From the NCBI RefSeq assembly GCF_964204645.1, contig NC_134031.1:11038088-11102087 (forward strand): 64,000 nt of DNA, read 5' to 3'. This document shows, one piece after another, positions 59,408 through 64,000 of the stretch. The position numbers were made by a program, and so were the translations under genes. The first letter of the stretch is position 1, and the number at the start of each line of letters is the position of its first letter. This stretch comes from Tubulanus polymorphus. Taxonomy: Eukaryota > Animalia > Nemertea. Below the pieces are notes generated by a model. It made no database searches and was not told the DNA's origin. It saw nothing but the letters and a program-made list of their open reading frames with translations.

Positions 59408-59987
59408 AAGTCACTCAAGACCACAACAAATAATAATTTAGCACGAGATCTCTTTTTGAACGTGCACACACTAGGCCGCCATCATGTGGAATAATATCAT
59501 TTTCCTCAAGTGCATTTTTCATCGATTTTCTATCTTTATTGTAGAATAAAACTAGAAATCTAATGTTTTCTCTAAAGTCTTTAACAATTGAATTATATTT
59601 TTGACTTTAAACCCAAGTTGTTATCCCAATTGTCTACCAGAAAAAGCTAAATAACATAACTCACTCTCTCTAATTTTTGAATCATGTAAATTTGCACAAT
59701 CATCTATAATGAATAATGTATTTGATCCTTTATAAATATCAATTGCTATTTTTATACAATTATCTCAATTTTATTTTACTGTTTTAGGATCTAATATAAT
59801 AAATTTATTATTTCTAGTAATATTTCTATCATAAGTTTGATTGAATTCATATGTTGGACAAAATAATACTATATTATCAAAATAGTTTTTATAAACAGTT
59901 TCTAATAAATTTAATATAAAATAAGTTTTTCCATAATTTGTTTCGCCAGAAATTAACATATTATGAGGCTCAAATATTAATAATTCC

Positions 59988-60531
59988 TTATTCATTCATA
60001 TATTTTTAATTTTACTTGATAATATCCATTCATTGAATTTATCTGGCCATCCAACCCATTTTACTAAAGAATATTTTTTTCTTTTAATAGTTTTTGTTTA
60101 TAATACTTTTTCAATTTTATATTCTTGTTCTAGATTTTCAGTAGTTAAACTTAATTCTTCTACATAAAAGTACCCATCAACTTCTTCACCATCTAAATCT
60201 TCTAATTTATAGACATATGGTTTTGTTGTTATTACCTTTTTTATTTTATATATTTCCCTAGTAAAATTTCGATCGTATCCTTTGTCAAATATCTTTTTAC
60301 ACTTAGAAATTCTAACATTTTGACCAACTTTAAATTTAGGTTCACCAAAATCATCTACAAGAAATGCTCCATATAAATTATTCCAAACAATTTCAGCATT
60401 TTCAGGTTTTCTAGCATCAATAGGTTTCATTCCAATAGAAGAATGATAAGAATTATTATATCCTTCTATCAATTTTGGTAAAACATCAATCCATTTAAAA
60501 GTATTATTTGCTGTAAAATATTTCCACATTC
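59988..60531 (-). pseudogene. integrase C-terminal fragment with chromodomain (divergent subfamily)
   Basis: RMWKYFTANNT...YNNSYHSSIGMKP...VKWVGWPDKFNEWI. Confidence 0.85.
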
Positions 60532-60538
60532 TGCAGTA

Positions 60539-61712
60539 TGCCAGTGACTGTACGGTGATATGCACAGGTTAACCGTACGTGAGTTCCCGAAAAAGGCCAT
60601 AAGTGAGTTCCTATAATCTGCAAACGTGCATGCGTGAAAGAATAGAGTTTGGGTTAGGTGAGGCTAGGCTATTTGTAAATCAAATTTCATCCACCCTGCA
60701 GTTACGTTCTGTGGCACAGTGGGTAAATCACTGGACTACAACTGGATTTTTTCTCTCGTTTGGTTACGAATCCCAATATTGTAAGTCTGAGCGTCAACAT
60801 ACTCACATACGGCTAACCTGTAGAAATCACCGTACAGTCACGTACAGGTAACAACAGCGTTTTAAGTGCCGGGTATTATGTGAGTACGACAAGCCTACCA
60901 TGCCTATGTACTACAAACACAACTTTTTCCCTCTCGTCGGCAGTCATCCTCCTACAATTATGTTACTATAACTGGTGCAATTATAACATGGATAGGATTT
61001 GGCCAGGACTAATCTAAAGTCTAATTCAGTCTATGTACTAATTCACTCGATAGGCCTATTTTTAAAACAGGAATATTCATTTATTACGTACCCATAAAAT
61101 TTCATTATTTCACCCCCCTCCCCCTCTGTACGCAAAATCTGCCATTTTTTCATGTACATTAAGCATTACAGTACGTAATTGCCCTGACCCCTCCCCCTCC
61201 CCCTCCCTTAATGCGTACGTAATAAATGAATGATCCCACAATACAGTGAAGTATTCACACGCAGAAAGGCTAATTGATTTGAGCCATGTGATTAAATTTG
61301 GCCAGGCCTTCTCTGACCTGCTGACATTAATAGTCAATGTGGTCACGGCTAGTATACCAGAAATCATTGAAGGCCTGTACATTTTGCTGTTCGTAGGTTT
61401 GGTATACCGATTTCTCCATTCTTGACTGATAAGTGTACGGTACAGCGTACGCATTATACAATTGTTCCAATGGGAATAGGGCCTATTTATTGGGCTTATT
61501 ATTTCCTGCTTTAGAATACTGAAATAAGCCCAACGTTCATTCAAATATCCAACATCGGTGAAAGTTTGATTACTGTATACATGTACTGTAGGTTTTCATG
61601 TTGTATGAATATTTTGCAGTTTAAATGGGTATGATGCTGATTCCAATGTCAAACGCATGAAGTTAGATGGTCAAGGACAGTCAACACCAAGATATCTCTC
61701 TTCGACCGATGT
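60539..61712. repeat. inverted duplicate of 46549-47724
   Basis: Direct sequence comparison. Confidence 0.9.
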
Positions 61713-61715
61713 ATT

Positions 61716-63115
61716 TGGGTGTATTAGGGGATAGATATTTCAATGTAAATGATAACCCTGGATATAAGTTATTATATATAGATGCAAATAATTTGTATGG
61801 TTGGGCAATGATGGAACCACAACCGTATGGAGTATTTGAAATAAGTGAAGTTTTACAACATGAAAATAATGATAAATTTGATTGGAAGAAAAGAATCCTA
61901 GATATTGCAGATGATTCAGATACTGGTTACTTCTTTGTTGTAGATTTAGAATATCCTGAACATATTAAATTTAAATCTAGAAATCTAGCATACTGCCCCG
62001 AACATAAAACTGTAATACATGAAGAATTATCAAATTATCAAAAAAGAATTAAACCCGAAAATCATATTCATACGGAAAAGTTAATGGTAACTCAAGAAGA
62101 TAAATATAATTATGTAGTACAAAATAGAATGTTGAAGTTTTATCTAAAACAAGGAATGATCCTAAAAAAAGTACATAGATATATTTCATTTAGTCAATCT
62201 AAGTGGTTAGAAAAATATATAGATTTTAACACCAAACCGAGAACTGAAGCTAAAACTGATTTCGAGAAAGATTTCTTCAAGTTAATGAATAATGCATTCT
62301 ATGGAAAAACTTGTGAAAATATTAGAAATAGAAATGATATTGAGTTAGTTAGTAATGGTAAAAGGATAAGGCATTTACAAACATATCCTAAATTTATAGG
62401 TAACAGAATATTTGATGAAAATTTAGCTGCAGTTAAAATGAGAAGAACATCTATGAAATTTAATAAACCAATTTATGTTGGAGCATCAGTTTTAGAATTA
62501 TCAAAGTTATTAATGTATGAATTCTATTATAATGTATTACAACCTCATTTTGGAGAAAAACATATAGAAATCTTATATTTTGATACTGACAGTTACATAT
62601 TAAAGATAAAAACTAATAACATAACTGATGATTTAAAAACATTGAAACATCATTTAGATTTTAGTAATTATCCTAAAAATCATGAATCGTTTGGCAATGA
62701 TAATAAAAAGCGACCCGGGAAGTTTCAGGATGAATTAGGTGGTGAAGAAATGATTGAATTCATTGGTATTAGATCCAAAATGTATTCATATAAAACTAAA
62801 ACTCATGAATCAAAGAAATTGAAAGGAATTACCAAAAGCGTTGTTGAAAAGAATATTCATTTCAAAGATTACATAAATTGTATATTCAAAGAAGAAGTTA
62901 GAAAACATAAGATGAAATGTTTAAGATCTGAGTACCACGAAATGTTTATTGAAGAAATAGAGAAGATAAGTTTGAATCCATTTGATGATAAAAGATATAT
63001 TTTAGATGATGGACTTCACACAGTTGCTTATGGTTGTAATTTAGATGAATACTTAAAATTTAAAAGAGAAGAAACAAAAGAGAACGAGATAATAAAAAGA
63101 ATTCTAACGTGTTAA
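61716..63115 (+). pseudogene. polB: pPolB polymerase-domain half (open frame, 5'-truncated)
   Basis: GVLGDRY...YIDANNLYG...KLMNNAFYGK...YFDTDS; near-identical to 37318-38710. Confidence 0.9.
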
Positions 63116-63144
63116 TCAAATTTTAATAAAAATATGTATTATAA

Positions 63145-63497
63145 ATGGAGAGTAAACAAGCAAACAGTGAGAACAACAAATTATTTCTAGATAGAATAAA
63201 AGATACTTCAAATGTCAATCAGTAGATTATAAATTTAAGAAGTTAAAAGAATTAACAATCCATAAGAAATATCTAATTACAGATATTGTTACAGTTACTA
63301 ACAAATATGGAGATAAATTAGTTATACACTTAGAATATGAAGGATTAAAAGGAAATACATATAAATTCAGAACATATTTACCGGATAGATTTCTTAGATT
63401 ATCTAGTGAAGATTTAGAAGAATTATGTTCAGGTGATTTCTATTTCGTATACAAAGGTAAGAATGAAAAAGGGCATCATGAAATAGATTTCGAATAA
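63145..63497 (+). pseudogene. homolog of 16727-17068 with the same frameshift as 36942-37288
   Basis: AAT GTC AAT CAG TAG in both copies. Confidence 0.8.
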
Positions 63498-63514
63498 GAA
63501 AATATGTAAAATAA

Positions 63515-64000
63515 ATGGTAGAATTAAAAGAAAACAGAATATTTTTTGATTCAAGAAAACTTACAAATTATAAATCACATAATTTATTAGTTCAATTAGA
63601 TAGGGAATATAAAAATCGTGTTGTTTTAAAATTAGTTAATGTAAGTTTATGTAATTCTTTTTACAATATATCGAATAAAACTATTGAACATAGAGCCTTT
63701 TTAGTTTTTAATAGACACATAGATGCATGGGCCTATATATATTTAAAAACGGGGTTATATAATTTAGATACATTATCACAAGAAATTAATAGAAAAGCCT
63801 GGCACAAATTAGGTAGTGATTCCGGGTTTAGTATTAGATTTTTAAAAAGTGATAGTTCTGATAGAATAAAGATAAGGTTGACTAATAGTGAAAAACATAA
63901 ATTTATGGTAAAAAAACCTATAGCTAAACTGTTAGGAATTCCTCCAGATAGATCTTTTACAAATATTGATGCTACACCAAACTTAATACCTTACACACAC
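63515..64000 (+). pseudogene. penton/minor capsid, runs off the window end
   Basis: MVELKENRIF...; near-identical to 36440-36924. Confidence 0.8.

Larger units (their letters stand above)
54811..59480 (-). mobile_element. near full-length CR1/L2-group non-LTR retrotransposon
   Basis: ORF1 plus ORF2; 3' AATAAA followed by (TCATA)n tail; precise insertion in the ATPase gene, no clear TSD. Confidence 0.92.
54718..59995 (-). pseudogene. packaging ATPase split by LINE (59995-59481 and 54810-54718)
   Basis: ...LEENDIIPHD | LHNEYMDKLK... joins in frame once the LINE is removed. Confidence 0.85.
53154..60531. mobile_element. divergent Polinton subfamily fragment with rearranged gene order, interrupted by a LINE
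   Basis: Integrase, ATPase and 27028/26646 homologs are clearly more diverged than those of A versus B. Confidence 0.75.

Noticed and set aside
61667-61715. Novel N-terminus on a 482-aa PolB ORF
   Set aside because: Chance in-frame ATG from the duplicated non-coding segment; the exonuclease half is missing

Overview
AT-rich eukaryotic (animal, probably invertebrate) DNA made almost entirely of nested transposable elements, dominated by one family of Polinton/Maverick (adintovirus-like) endogenous DNA viruses. Element A (12376-30628) is full length: 6-bp TSD AACAAT, AGT...ACT termini, ~405-bp TIRs, protein-primed PolB, penton, major capsid, packaging ATPase, integrase, HNH nuclease and several membrane-type ORFs, but no recognisable protease. 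It sits in a 31-bp tandem array inside a Helentron/HINE-like element (10095-31119), which itself splits the capsid gene of an older, oppositely oriented Polinton B (~3465-44165). Other Polinton fragments lie at 565-2452, 49390-51225, 53154-60531 (divergent, rearranged) and 61716-64000. A near full-length CR1/L2-group LINE, an L2 3' fragment, a DIRS tyrosine-recombinase fragment and MITEs are also present. The most striking signals are: (1) 13 of 17 ORFs of element A start in the exact poxvirus late-initiator context TAAATG, while PolB and integrase do not; (2) each TIR begins with a ~207-bp fold-back palindrome; (3) the TIR carries the first 38 codons of PolB, producing chimeric genes at the other end; (4) a membrane-protein-rich, protease-less module with swapped hypervariable cassettes. 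Together these suggest (inference) a Polinton lineage that depends on a poxvirus/NCLDV-like helper, i.e. a virophage-like element of an animal. No host genes were recognised.
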